From a virus (Duplodnaviria > Caudoviricetes): a stretch of DNA of 64,000 nt. The notes beneath the pieces were generated by a model. The model did not search any database and was not told the DNA's origin. It saw only the letters and a program-made list of their open reading frames with translations. Each line of letters opens with the position of its first letter. Position 1 is the stretch's first letter. The stretch lies in IMG/VR virus record IMGVR_UViG_3300025387_000015, positions 1 through 64,000 of that record; one strand, given 5' to 3'. A program made the position numbers and the translations under genes. Below are positions 1 through 9,773 of this stretch, piece after piece.

Positions 1-2
1 AT

Positions 3-182
3 GTTGGTTTGATTGCTCAAGATGTTCAAGCAGTATTACCTGAAATAGTAAAAGAAGCGCCAGATGGTTATCTTGGTCTAGCATATACTGATGTTATTCC
101 TTTACTTGTTGCATCTATTAAAGAACTATCAGCAAAACTAGACGAATCAAACTTACGAATTAAAGCGTTGGAGTCTAAGTAA
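3..182 (+). CDS. 3' end of a tail fibre protein with Peptidase_S74 intramolecular chaperone (partial)
   Basis: Manual translation of frame 3: [16 protein letters not shown]...[26 protein letters not shown], giving the GxIAQ(D/E)V motif and C-terminal coiled coil of S74 chaperones. Confidence 0.85.
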   Translation, partial: VGLIAQDVQAVLPEIVKEAPDGYLGLAYTDVIPLLVASIKELSAKLDESNLRIKALESK

Positions 183-214
183 TGTCAATTAAGCTAAATT
201 CAACAGGTAACTAA
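182..214 (+). other. 10-codon mini-[13 protein letters not shown] bridging two fibre genes through TAATG overlaps
   Basis: Its ATG (182-184) overlaps the upstream TAA (180-182), and its TAA (212-214) overlaps the next ATG (214-216). Confidence 0.3.
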
Positions 215-1734
215 TGGCAATAACCAGATCACTTTCCTCTGCAATAACTGATGGTACTGGAGCTATCACTCCTGCCAACGTCTCTGTGTCAACTAATAAC
301 CTCACTGTTGGCACATCGATGTATGTTGTCGCTAATGGAAACGTTGGATTTGCATGTACTACTCCTGGTGCTTGGTTAGATATTTATGCATTAAATACAG
401 GAATTGGTCAATCTGGAAATAATGGTTTAGTGTTTAGAGCACAAGATGGCATAGGAAGGCCTCCTATTGCCGCTTATGGTGGCGTTGATGGTACTGGTTT
501 TCCTGATTCAGTTGCCACTGCTGTTGCAATTAGGCAAATATCTGGAACTGGTAGATCATTAACTACCACTGGATCTGTTATGGTTGGCGGATCTCTTACT
601 ACTGCTACTAATACCGCTACTATTGGAACTGGAACATATTTCGTTTCTAATGGTAACGTTGGTATTGCTAATAATTCTCCAACATCAACACTCACTGTTG
701 GTGGTAATACATACTTTGGTAACTCTATAACATTCTCAGATTCTACTCAGATGACTACTGCTGCTTCTACTGGTATGAAGAATAAACTTATCAACGGTGG
801 GTTTGATATTTGGCAACGTGCAACTTCTTTTTCAAACTGGTCTAGTTTCTCATATCTAGTAGATAGGTGGAGAATTGGTTTTGACGGTACTGCTCCTACT
901 GGTATATCTTTAACTCAAGGGACATTTACACCAGGTCAAACTGCTGTGGCAGGTGATCCAAAATACTATTTAATTTATACATTTCCTAACACTGGTACTC
1001 CATCAAATTATATTAGATCAGACACTGAAAGTGTTAGAACATTTGCTGGTAGAACTTGCACGTTCTCTTTTTGGGCAGCGGTTCCTTCAGGAACTATGAC
1101 AGTTGGTGTTATGATTGCTCAAGAATTTGGAACAGGTGGCTCTCCTTCTGCTGGTGTATACCCTACACAGACAAACTACACCGTAACCACAACATGGCAG
1201 CGTTTTGTTTTTACAGTTACTATGCCTTCTATATCTGGAAAAACACTAGGAACAAACGGCGATGATCGTATTTGGCCAGCTATATATTTTCCAACAAATG
1301 CTGCAGGAACTATATGGTTAGCAAATATGCAGTTGGAGGACGGTTCTGTTGCTACACCATTCGAAAGAAGACCATTGGCAACAGAACTTGCATTATGTCA
1401 GAGATATTATTACAGAATGTTACCACCAGCCTCTGTAGACGGTACTATATATGGATCAGGATGTAATGAATCATCAACTATTGCAGACTGTGCAATGGGA
1501 TGTTTTCCAACAACTATGAGAGCAATACCAACTGTTACATTAGGTTCTTCTGTTATTTGGTATTCTCCTACTGGAGGCGTAGTTACACCAACAATAAGAA
1601 CAAATAGATGCTCAACCACAAATCCTTCTTTGTATTTAAATATAACAGGAGCAACAGCAGGTCAAGCAGGTGTTTTGTTTAGTAATGGCACAACTCCGTC
1701 AACTTGTTATGTAGATTTTAGTTCGGAAATGTAA
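214..1734 (+). CDS. virion fibre/receptor-binding protein with C-terminal carbohydrate-binding-like domain (paralogue 1)
   Basis: GNVG(I/F) shaft repeats, then a domain bounded by GMKNKLINGGFDIWQR and QLEDGSVATPFERRPLATELALCQRYY; lies in the fibre cluster. Confidence 0.7.
   Translation: MAITRSLSSAITDGTGAITPANVSVSTNNLTVGTSMYVVANGNVGFACTTPGAWLDIYALNTGIGQSGNNGLVFRAQDGIGRPPIAAYGGVDGTGFPDSVATAVAIRQISGTGRSLTTTGSVMVGGSLTTATNTATIGTGTYFVSNGNVGIANNSPTSTLTVGGNTYFGNSITFSDSTQMTTAASTGMKNKLINGGFDIWQRATSFSNWSSFSYLVDRWRIGFDGTAPTGISLTQGTFTPGQTAVAGDPKYYLIYTFPNTGTPSNYIRSDTESVRTFAGRTCTFSFWAAVPSGTMTVGVMIAQEFGTGGSPSAGVYPTQTNYTVTTTWQRFVFTVTMPSISGKTLGTNGDDRIWPAIYFPTNAAGTIWLANMQLEDGSVATPFERRPLATELALCQRYYYRMLPPASVDGTIYGSGCNESSTIADCAMGCFPTTMRAIPTVTLGSSVIWYSPTGGVVTPTIRTNRCSTTNPSLYLNITGATAGQAGVLFSNGTTPSTCYVDFSSEM
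702..726 (+). repeat. 25-bp exact repeat TGGTAATACATACTTTGGTAACTCT, also at 2638-2662
   Basis: Direct base-by-base comparison of the two copies. Confidence 0.85.
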
Positions 1735-1744
1735 AGGTAATTAA

Positions 1745-3559
1745 ATGTCACAATATATAGGCCAAACACCAGGACAAGGGCAGATCCAGTACTTCACTTT
1801 CGTAGCGAATGCTGGTCAGACTTCGTTCTCTGGCGTTGACTCAAAAGGATACGTGCTAAATTATTCCGTTGGCTTCTGTGACGTGTTCTTGAATGGCCGC
1901 AGACTTACTCCTACGTCTGACTACACCGCTACTGACGGTTCCACGATCGTTCTTCAGTCAGCCACATCAGTTAATGATATTCTATTCGTAGCGTCTGCAT
2001 CGGCGTTCAACACGGCCAATTGGGTCACCAACTCAGTGAACTACGTCTATGTCGCCACTGCCGGTCAGACATCATTTACTGGTCTAGACTCTAATAACCA
2101 GACTCTATCATATGTCAATGGCACGATTATAGTCTCAGTGAATGGTCTTCATCTGCCACAGTCTGACTATACTGCGACTGATGGAACGAGCATAGTATTA
2201 AACTCTGGTGTTAACTCTGGAGATATAGTTCAGATATTCTCTCTAAGAACTATGAATCCAGTAAATATCTTCACTCAGACACAGAGCGATGCAAGGTATC
2301 TACAACTGACTGGTGGAACACTTACTACTAACAACTTAACTGTTGGTACTAGTTCATACTTTGTTTCTAATGGTAACGTTGGTATTGGTTCAACTACACC
2401 ACAACAAAAACTTGAAGTAGTTGGTCTTATTAATTCTTGTGATGCTGCAGGTAACAGCAGAACATATATGGGATGGAAATCTGGTTCTGCTTATGCAGGA
2501 AACAATGGTCTTCATCTAATAAACATTGATAATTCTAATTTACTGCTTGGAACAAATAACCAAACACAAGCGTTAATAACTACTGTTGGTAATTTTGGTA
2601 TTGGTAACACAGCACCTGCTCATAGACTATCGGTAAATGGTAATACATACTTTGGTAACTCTGTATCATTCTCTGATGGTTCTCAGTTTAACTCTGCTTC
2701 TTCATTAGGAATGAGAAACAGAATCATCAATGGTGACTTTAGAATTTGGCAGAGAGGAACCAGCTTCGCTAATCCAACCAGCGCAGCAAATCAATATGGT
2801 GCAGATAGATGGTGTTTTGTTAGACCAAGTTATGCTGGAAACACCACGATGTCTCAGGTTACTGGTCTTACTATCAATGGTAATAATAGAACCGCTATGA
2901 GATTACAAAGAACGTCTGGTGATATAAGCACAGGATTAATCCAAACATGTCAAGCGATAGAATCGTTGAACATCAGAGATCTTGCAGGACAGACTATTAC
3001 CATTTCTGGTTACTATAGAACTGGCGCTAATTTCTCAAACACGAGTTTAAGTATTCAGTTTGTTACTGGAACGGGAACGGATGAGACTAATCCTATAACG
3101 AATGGTTATACTGGAGGTACCGTTGCCATCTCTACTTCTGTTGCGGCAAATACTAATTTTACAAAATTCAGTGTGACTGGAACTCTTGCTTCTAACATCA
3201 ATGAAGCTGGATTGACTTTTATATATGGTCCATCAGGAACGGCAGGTGCCGCTGATTACTTTGACCTCATAGATATCCAAGTTGAAGCAGGTTCAGTAGC
3301 AACACCATTTGAGCGTAGACATTATACTCAAGAGTTGGCCCTATGTCAGAGATATTATTTTACAAATCCAAGTCAATCATATGTTATCAATGGTGTTGGT
3401 GCTACATATACTCCATATTTTTTCAAAGTTAGTATGAGAGTAGCTCCGACAGTAACTCTAAGTGCTTCTGCTACGCTTACTAACATAGATACACATGGAT
3501 TTTATGCTCAACCAGGAACAGCTGCATCTACAACTGTTACAGCATCAGCAGAACTATAA
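1745..3559 (+). CDS. virion fibre/receptor-binding protein with two N-terminal tandem repeats and CBM-like domain (paralogue 2)
   Basis: Two ~70-aa repeats (AGQTSF...NG...DYTATDG..IVL), GNVGIG repeats, and the GMRNRIINGDFRIWQR...ATPFERR...LCQRYY domain. Confidence 0.7.
   Translation: MSQYIGQTPGQGQIQYFTFVANAGQTSFSGVDSKGYVLNYSVGFCDVFLNGRRLTPTSDYTATDGSTIVLQSATSVNDILFVASASAFNTANWVTNSVNYVYVATAGQTSFTGLDSNNQTLSYVNGTIIVSVNGLHLPQSDYTATDGTSIVLNSGVNSGDIVQIFSLRTMNPVNIFTQTQSDARYLQLTGGTLTTNNLTVGTSSYFVSNGNVGIGSTTPQQKLEVVGLINSCDAAGNSRTYMGWKSGSAYAGNNGLHLINIDNSNLLLGTNNQTQALITTVGNFGIGNTAPAHRLSVNGNTYFGNSVSFSDGSQFNSASSLGMRNRIINGDFRIWQRGTSFANPTSAANQYGADRWCFVRPSYAGNTTMSQVTGLTINGNNRTAMRLQRTSGDISTGLIQTCQAIESLNIRDLAGQTITISGYYRTGANFSNTSLSIQFVTGTGTDETNPITNGYTGGTVAISTSVAANTNFTKFSVTGTLASNINEAGLTFIYGPSGTAGAADYFDLIDIQVEAGSVATPFERRHYTQELALCQRYYFTNPSQSYVINGVGATYTPYFFKVSMRVAPTVTLSASATLTNIDTHGFYAQPGTAASTTVTASAEL
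2663..2733 (+). repeat. 71-bp exact direct repeat, copy 1 (copy 2 at 6072-6142)
   Basis: GTATCATTCTCTGATGG...GAATCATCAATGG is identical in both places; flanking bases differ on both sides. Confidence 0.9.
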
Positions 3560-3569
3560 AGGCAATTAA

Positions 3570-4592
3570 ATGACAAGTAAGATACTATCAGCAGCGATTG
3601 GCGCAGGAACGATAGCGGGAAACAGCACTAACTTGACTGTGTCCTCGAACGGTTCTGTTCAGCTAGCGGCTAATAACATTACTGAGATATACGCAGCTGC
3701 TAATGGTAATGTGGGAATCGGGAACTCCACGCCAGCAAATATATTATCAGTAAATGGTAATACTTTTATTGGTGGTAATATTGTTACTGGTTATCCTGGT
3801 TCACCTGGATATGTTTCAAATAAAAGTACTGCAGGGCAGTTTGATGTTGGTCTTCTTGGCGGCGATGCTGATGCATCTGGTTATCTTTATAACAGAAATA
3901 CTGGTGGTAATATTATATTTGGTTCTAATAATGTACAAAGAATGGCAATTTCTTCTGCTGGTGATGTTAATATCGGTGGTGCTACTGCTACTCCTCCTAA
4001 CAATCTTCGATATTTAGATCTTTATAACACAGAAACAACAAATGTTAATTCTGGTTCTATTATGCGTATTATCACAGCTAACTCTACAGGTGGAGCCGCT
4101 GTTACTGTTGATTTAGTAAAATATAGATATGGCGCTTTTAATATAAACAACAATGATGCTAATGGCACGATAAATTTTGGTACTGCTGGTACTAATCGTA
4201 TGACTATTGATAGTACCGGCAACCTACTGTTCAACTCAGGTTATGGTTCTGCGCAAAATGCTTATGGTTGTCGTGCATGGGTAAATTATCAGGCACAAGC
4301 AACAGTAGCCATTCGTGCCAGTCAAGGTGTTACTAGTATTACTAAAAATGGTACAGGTGATTATACAGTAAATCTTTCTTTTACAATGCCAGATATAAAT
4401 TATTCTTATGTTGTTGCAATATCATCGTATGTTGGAGGTACAACACTTGGTGCTACACCTATGCTTAATACAACAATTGGTGACGCAGAACAAGCACCAA
4501 CAACAACAACTTTCAGATTTGCTACTTGTGTGTGGAATGCTGGTTCTAGTGGACAAGACGCTAAGTATCTCAATATAATAGTAGTTAGATAG
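3570..4592 (+). CDS. tail fibre-like virion protein
   Basis: ANGNVGIG repeats and a C-terminal CRAWVNY...TGDYTVN beta domain typical of phage fibre tips; followed by chaperone-like genes. Confidence 0.65.
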   Translation: MTSKILSAAIGAGTIAGNSTNLTVSSNGSVQLAANNITEIYAAANGNVGIGNSTPANILSVNGNTFIGGNIVTGYPGSPGYVSNKSTAGQFDVGLLGGDADASGYLYNRNTGGNIIFGSNNVQRMAISSAGDVNIGGATATPPNNLRYLDLYNTETTNVNSGSIMRIITANSTGGAAVTVDLVKYRYGAFNINNNDANGTINFGTAGTNRMTIDSTGNLLFNSGYGSAQNAYGCRAWVNYQAQATVAIRASQGVTSITKNGTGDYTVNLSFTMPDINYSYVVAISSYVGGTTLGATPMLNTTIGDAEQAPTTTTFRFATCVWNAGSSGQDAKYLNIIVVR

Positions 4593-4601
4593 GAATTAAT
4601 T

Positions 4602-4856
4602 ATGACACAAAAGATTATATACCCACAAGAAAATGGTTCAATAGCAATGATTATACCAGCACCTAATTGCGGTATATCAATTGAAGAGATTGCTAGAAAA
4701 GATGTTCCTGCTGATACTCCATATCTCATATTGGATGATTCAGATATTCCGCATGAACATTCTGAATACTTCAATGCATGGGAAGCAGACTTTTCTGATC
4801 CGCATGGACATGGCATTGGGCATGAAGCATGGTTCAAGGAGCAAGAAACAAAATGA
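4602..4856 (+). CDS. tail fibre assembly-associated small protein
   Basis: IIPAP...IARKDVP...AWEAD pattern; overlaps the next chaperone gene by ATGA. Confidence 0.55.
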   Translation: MTQKIIYPQENGSIAMIIPAPNCGISIEEIARKDVPADTPYLILDDSDIPHEHSEYFNAWEADFSDPHGHGIGHEAWFKEQETK

Positions 4857-5092
4857 TAACTATCAATATGGACAAAGCAAAAGATATACATAAGAATAAA
4901 CTTCGTGCTGAAAGAGAACCAATTTTGAAAGATCTAGACGTTAAATTCCAGAGAGCGCAGGAAGATGGTTCAGACACTAAAGATATAGTCACTAAGAAAC
5001 AAGCACTCAGAGACGTGACGAAACATCCTAAACTACTCAACGCTGAGACTATAGAAGAATTGGCTGTGCTTACATTAGAAATATTAGTATAA
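4853..5092 (+). CDS. phage tail (fibre) assembly chaperone-like protein
   Basis: Start placed at the ATG at 4853 (ATGA overlap). LRAEREPILKDLD...KQALRDVT matches the R..R...L...D...RQALRD chaperone pattern. Confidence 0.6.
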   Translation: MITINMDKAKDIHKNKLRAEREPILKDLDVKFQRAQEDGSDTKDIVTKKQALRDVTKHPKLLNAETIEELAVLTLEILV

Positions 5093-5095
5093 ATA
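5088..5095 (+). promoter_or_regulatory. T4-type late promoter TATAAATA
   Basis: Exact consensus 17 nt upstream of the ATG at 5113; the phage encodes gp55. Confidence 0.7.
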
Positions 5096-5112
5096 CCAAT
5101 AAAAGGTAATAT

Positions 5113-5604
5113 ATGTCAATAACCAACGACCTATCAAAGTTAGCAAACTCAGCAAACGTACTCGTCAATTCAATAACAGTGAACTCTACCGCTATTGTCT
5201 CTGAAGTCATCGCCGGTACGCTGACCACTGGTAACGTGACTATAAATGGCTACGTATACGCCAACAACGGGTTGCTATCAAACACATCGTATACCGGTCC
5301 ATACGCTGATGGTATTGTTATGGATTATGTCACTGGTAATGGTCGTGTATCAGTCGGCGTTGGTGACACGCTAAGTTTCTATACTAACAATGTAGCTGGT
5401 AACTTAATGTTCTCTGCTAACTCAACGGCGCTGTCTGTGAATGGAACTACTGTCTCTCTATTTGGAGAGTCTAATCCAAATAACTTTGCTTCTGGAACAT
5501 ATGCCACGAACGCTGCCCTAAATACAGTTATAGTCGGTCCATATACTATTGCAACTGGCAACACATTCACAGTCACTACGGGATCTAGAGTAGTTATAAT
5601 ATGA
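5113..5604 (+). CDS. virion structural protein of the fibre cluster
   Basis: N/T/S/G-rich beta protein ending GPYTIATGNTFTVTTGSRVVII; overlaps the next gene by ATGA. Confidence 0.55.
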   Translation: MSITNDLSKLANSANVLVNSITVNSTAIVSEVIAGTLTTGNVTINGYVYANNGLLSNTSYTGPYADGIVMDYVTGNGRVSVGVGDTLSFYTNNVAGNLMFSANSTALSVNGTTVSLFGESNPNNFASGTYATNAALNTVIVGPYTIATGNTFTVTTGSRVVII

Positions 5605-7070
5605 GTACACTAATAGCCACAAATATCAACACCGCCAACGGCACCACTGATATGACTATCAGACCTGGTAACACCACTTCTGGTGGTATCGTACTACCAG
5701 CGAATGGTTCTGGTGTTGTTATTCAGAGCAGTTCTACTTCTAATGCCATTTATATTACTTCAAATTCCACTCAGTCAACGACAGTATCAATAGGAACAGC
5801 TGATGCTAGCTATTCTGGTAATGTTGCTTCAGCGTTTACTATCAATGCAAACAACAGGACTGGTCTGGCTATAGGAGCGAACAACACTCAACTGTCGTTT
5901 GCCATCAATCCACAGGCAAATGGTTCTTGGTTAATGTACGATCGTGCGGCAAATGGTGGTGTTGGCGTTTGGTCTGCTGGTATATATCAGGCTAATGGTA
6001 ATGTTGGTATTGGAAATTTAAATCCAACCACGATGCTCTCTGTCGCTGGTACAACGTATCACGGTAACGCCGTATCATTCTCTGATGGTTCTCAGTTTAA
6101 CTCTGCTTCTTCATTAGGAATGAGAAACAGAATCATCAATGGCACAATGGTTATTGATCAAAGAAATTCTGGTGCATCTTTTACTGTTCTTGGTTCTTCT
6201 GGTTATGGAAGTTGTGATAGATGGGCTTCTATAGCAGGAGCAACTTCCACTTGGACAATGCAAAGAGTATCAACAAGTGGGCTTTCTGTTTTTCCTTATG
6301 CTTTACAAATTGGGAGAAATACAAGTTCAACATCAACATCAGCTGTTTATGTTGGGCAAGTTATAGAATCCATAAATTGTCAAGATTTAGCAGGACAATC
6401 TATTAATTTAAGTTTTTATGCAAAAGCAGGTGCAAATTTTTCTGCTTCTAGTAACAATTTGACTATTGAAGTATGGACAGGATCAGGTACAGATCAAGGT
6501 TGGAATTCTTTAGGTAGTGCAACATGGACTTCTCAAGGATATGCGATAAACTCAACTGCAACACTATCAACGACATTCCAACGATTCACATTTTCTGGTA
6601 CAGTACCATCAGGAACTAATGAAATTGCTGTTAGATTTTCTTACTTTGGCGTTGGTACTGCTGGCGCTAATGATTGGTTTCAAGTTACCGGTGTCCAACT
6701 AGAACAAGGATCTGTAGCTACTCCATTCGAACGTAGACCTTATGGAACAGAACTGACTCTATGCCAGAGGTATTATCAGATAATATCATTTGGTCAATAC
6801 CAAAGATATGGATTGTTTTATTGTGATACTACGACTTCGGCGCAAGGCGTTTATTATTCCCCTGTAACTTTTAGATCAACACCAACTTTAACATTTTCAA
6901 ATATATCATTAAATGGTACGACAGTTACTTCTGCTTCTGCACAAGTTACTTCTTGTACTACAGTATATCTTATTTTAAATGTTGCTTCTGGTTTAACTAC
7001 AGGAACGATGTCTCAACTTTATGCTCCTACAACATCAGCAAGTTATATAGCATATAATGCAGAATTATAA
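5601..7070 (+). CDS. virion fibre/receptor-binding protein with CBM-like domain (paralogue 3)
   Basis: ANGNVGIG repeat plus the GMRNRIING...QLEQGSVATPFERRPYGTELTLCQRYY domain. Confidence 0.7.
   Translation: MSTLIATNINTANGTTDMTIRPGNTTSGGIVLPANGSGVVIQSSSTSNAIYITSNSTQSTTVSIGTADASYSGNVASAFTINANNRTGLAIGANNTQLSFAINPQANGSWLMYDRAANGGVGVWSAGIYQANGNVGIGNLNPTTMLSVAGTTYHGNAVSFSDGSQFNSASSLGMRNRIINGTMVIDQRNSGASFTVLGSSGYGSCDRWASIAGATSTWTMQRVSTSGLSVFPYALQIGRNTSSTSTSAVYVGQVIESINCQDLAGQSINLSFYAKAGANFSASSNNLTIEVWTGSGTDQGWNSLGSATWTSQGYAINSTATLSTTFQRFTFSGTVPSGTNEIAVRFSYFGVGTAGANDWFQVTGVQLEQGSVATPFERRPYGTELTLCQRYYQIISFGQYQRYGLFYCDTTTSAQGVYYSPVTFRSTPTLTFSNISLNGTTVTSASAQVTSCTTVYLILNVASGLTTGTMSQLYAPTTSASYIAYNAEL
6072..6142 (+). 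repeat. 71-bp exact direct repeat, copy 2
   Basis: Identical to 2663-2733. Confidence 0.9.
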
Positions 7071-7079
7071 AGGTATCTA

Positions 7080-8351
7080 ATGTCTACACTAGTATGTGCA
7101 AACGCTTCAGTATCTTCTACTCTTACAGTTGGTGGCTCATTCACCATCAACGCTACTGGCACGACTATTAACTCTATTGCCACTAATGCATTTAGTGTTG
7201 GCACTGCTTTATATATTTCTGGTAATGGTAACGTTGGTGTTATTGGAACACCCGCTTCATGGAACCCATCAGTAAGTGCAATTCAGATATTTGCCCAAGG
7301 TTCGAACCAAAGAACTGGAGCGTTTATCCATGATAATGGTTATTATGGAGAGACAGCTATTTCTACGAATGCTTTTTGGGCTTCAGGTGGAACTACTTGG
7401 AACTATCAATCTTCTAATCCAGCGACAAGATATTCTCAAAATGGACCTACAGGTGCAGGGACTCATGCTTGGTATTACGCCGCTTCAGGAACTGCAAATA
7501 ATGCTATTACCTGGAATGAATCTATGCGTATTTCTAATTCTGGTTATGTTGGTATTGGTACTTCACCATCTTGTAAATTTCATGTAGTAAGCGGAAATAC
7601 GTTCTTCCAAGTTGATTCAGGATATTATACATCTGCTCAATTTGGTCCAAGACAGGCAAATGATGGATATTGTTCTGTAGGATTTTATGCAAACAGTACT
7701 GTATCATGTAAAATTGATGTTCAAAGTGGTGGAATAAATTTCTTCACAAATAATATGAGTTTTAATGCTGCAACTATTGATAATGCTGGTAATATATATT
7801 CTGGTCCTAATGGAATTATATACCTAACACCGACTCACTCTGATGCTGCTGGTGCTATTAATAACATCGGTATGTATATGAGCAGCACAGGACGTGCAGT
7901 ATTTCATATGAATGATGGTGTTGGTACAGCAGATGCTTTTTCATTATATACTTCTACTGGTGGTCAAGGTGGTTCGAATATGGCTAAAGAAGTATTCAGA
8001 ATACTTTCTTCAGGTAATGTTCAAAACATCAATAATAGTTATGGTGCTATATCAGATGTTACTCTTAAAGAGAATATTGTCGATGCAACACCAAAGTTAG
8101 ATGATATATGTAAAGTTCAAGTAAGAAACTTTAACTTCATAGACGATACAAACAAGAAAAAACAAATTGGTGTTATCGCTCAAGAGCTAGAACAAGTATT
8201 TCCTGATATGGTGGAAGCAGATGAAAATGGTATTAAAGGTGTGAAATATAGTGTGTTTGTACCAATGCTGTTAAAAGCAATTCAAGAAATAAAATTAGAA
8301 TTAGATGAAGCAAAAGCAGAAATTGCAGTATTACAAGGGGCAAGTCATTGA
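7080..8351 (+). CDS. tail fibre protein with Peptidase_S74 chaperone
   Basis: GAISDVTLKENI (Ser-Asp...Lys autocleavage motif), QIGVIAQELEQVFP and a C-terminal coiled coil. Confidence 0.85.
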   Translation: MSTLVCANASVSSTLTVGGSFTINATGTTINSIATNAFSVGTALYISGNGNVGVIGTPASWNPSVSAIQIFAQGSNQRTGAFIHDNGYYGETAISTNAFWASGGTTWNYQSSNPATRYSQNGPTGAGTHAWYYAASGTANNAITWNESMRISNSGYVGIGTSPSCKFHVVSGNTFFQVDSGYYTSAQFGPRQANDGYCSVGFYANSTVSCKIDVQSGGINFFTNNMSFNAATIDNAGNIYSGPNGIIYLTPTHSDAAGAINNIGMYMSSTGRAVFHMNDGVGTADAFSLYTSTGGQGGSNMAKEVFRILSSGNVQNINNSYGAISDVTLKENIVDATPKLDDICKVQVRNFNFIDDTNKKKQIGVIAQELEQVFPDMVEADENGIKGVKYSVFVPMLLKAIQEIKLELDEAKAEIAVLQGASH

Positions 8352-9544
8352 GTACACTCCAATGCGCAAACATTATATTTGAATCTACAGCAAACAATAG
8401 ATTACAGTATCTAGGTTCTAATAATCTCGCTATTGTCACCTCTGGTTCTAATGTGATGTATATTGCTGCTAATGGTAACATTGGTATTAATACCACAACG
8501 CCAAATACAGCGTTGCATATTGGTTCGTCAAACTCAAGCGTAACCAGCGCTATATCATTCTCAGACAATTCAATGGTTGGTACCGCTGCTTCTCTTGGTA
8601 TGAGAAACAGATTGATAAATGGTGCATTTGATATTTGGCAGAGGGGAACATCTTTTAGTAATATGTCATCATCCAATACATACGTTGCCGATAGATGGAG
8701 TTGTTATAGACAAGGATACACAGCAAACTGTACTGTGTCACAAGTCACAGGATTGTCTATTAATGGTATAAACAGAAATGCATTAAGAATGCAAAGAACT
8801 GCTGGTGATACATCAACACAAGCATTAAATATTACTCAGGCATTAGAATCTATTAATTCTAGAGATTTAGCTGGTCAAACAGTCACTCTAAGTTTTTGGG
8901 CTAGAGCTGGTGCAAATTTTTCTCCTACTAGTAGTCAAGTATTAGCAGTTATTCAATCAGGAACAGGAACTGATGAAACTATTAGAAATGGTTTTACTGG
9001 TGGCACTCCTTTAAGTAGTAGCAATATTACACTAACAACATCATTTCAAAAATTTGCATTAACAGGAACTACACCAAGTAATTGTAACCAAATTGGTATA
9101 AATCTTTACTGGACTCCAACCGGTACTGCTGGCGCTGCTGATTATGTTGATATTATAGACGTTCAGCTAGAAGCAGGTTCAGTAGCGACACCATTTGAAC
9201 GCAGACAATATGGTCAAGAATTATATCTCTGTCAGAGATACTACCAGTTATTAACAAATCCAAAACTGAATGGTGTTATGGGAGGTGCAACTAGTGTTAA
9301 TAGAATGGGTTGTAACTTATTACAACCTATGAGAACTACTCCAACGTCTTATACATTAACAGGAACCATACCAATTTATAATGGTGGTACTGTTGGTACT
9401 GTAACTGCTATTGGAGTTCCATATTATTCTATTAATACATTAGAATTTGATGCTACAGCAGCTACTGGTTCATATGCTCAATATCAACCTATAACAACAT
9501 ATCAATCCGGTACATACTCAATTGGTGTAAACGCAGAACTATAA
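8348..9544 (+). CDS. virion fibre/receptor-binding protein with CBM-like domain (paralogue 4), TTG start
   Basis: GMRNRLINGAFDIWQR...QLEAGSVATPFERRQYGQELYLCQRYY; the N-terminus MSTLQCAN resembles MSTLVCAN of the 7080 gene. Confidence 0.7.
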   Translation: MSTLQCANIIFESTANNRLQYLGSNNLAIVTSGSNVMYIAANGNIGINTTTPNTALHIGSSNSSVTSAISFSDNSMVGTAASLGMRNRLINGAFDIWQRGTSFSNMSSSNTYVADRWSCYRQGYTANCTVSQVTGLSINGINRNALRMQRTAGDTSTQALNITQALESINSRDLAGQTVTLSFWARAGANFSPTSSQVLAVIQSGTGTDETIRNGFTGGTPLSSSNITLTTSFQKFALTGTTPSNCNQIGINLYWTPTGTAGAADYVDIIDVQLEAGSVATPFERRQYGQELYLCQRYYQLLTNPKLNGVMGGATSVNRMGCNLLQPMRTTPTSYTLTGTIPIYNGGTVGTVTAIGVPYYSINTLEFDATAATGSYAQYQPITTYQSGTYSIGVNAEL

Positions 9545-9602
9545 ATTTATAACCCCTAAATAAACTCGTAATCCTGTCCACACAATGTAAAGGAGAATTG
9601 AA

Positions 9603-9770
9603 ATGGAAAAGGTAAATCTAACTCTAACTGTTAATCAGCTAAACGTAATCTTTGGCGCTCTTGGTAAGGCTCCATATGAAGCTGTATTCCAGCTAGTAGA
9701 AGAGATCAACAAGCAGGTAGTTCCACAGCTTCAGGCAATGCCACAGCCAGCACCTTCCGACAAGGAATAA
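9603..9770 (+). CDS. small 55-aa protein (not in ORF track), possibly a fibre chaperone
   Basis: MEKVNLTLTVNQLNVIFGALGKAPYEAVFQLVEEINKQVVPQLQAMPQPAPSDKE*, with AGGAG RBS at 9591-9595. Confidence 0.7.
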   Translation: MEKVNLTLTVNQLNVIFGALGKAPYEAVFQLVEEINKQVVPQLQAMPQPAPSDKE

Positions 9771-9773
9771 TAA

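Noticed and set aside
214-9544. Diversity-generating retroelement or invertase shufflon behind the fibre paralogues
   Set aside because: No reverse transcriptase or site-specific recombinase in the window; the repeats are exact and direct, without the adenine-specific mismatches of a TR/VR pair or inverted orientation.
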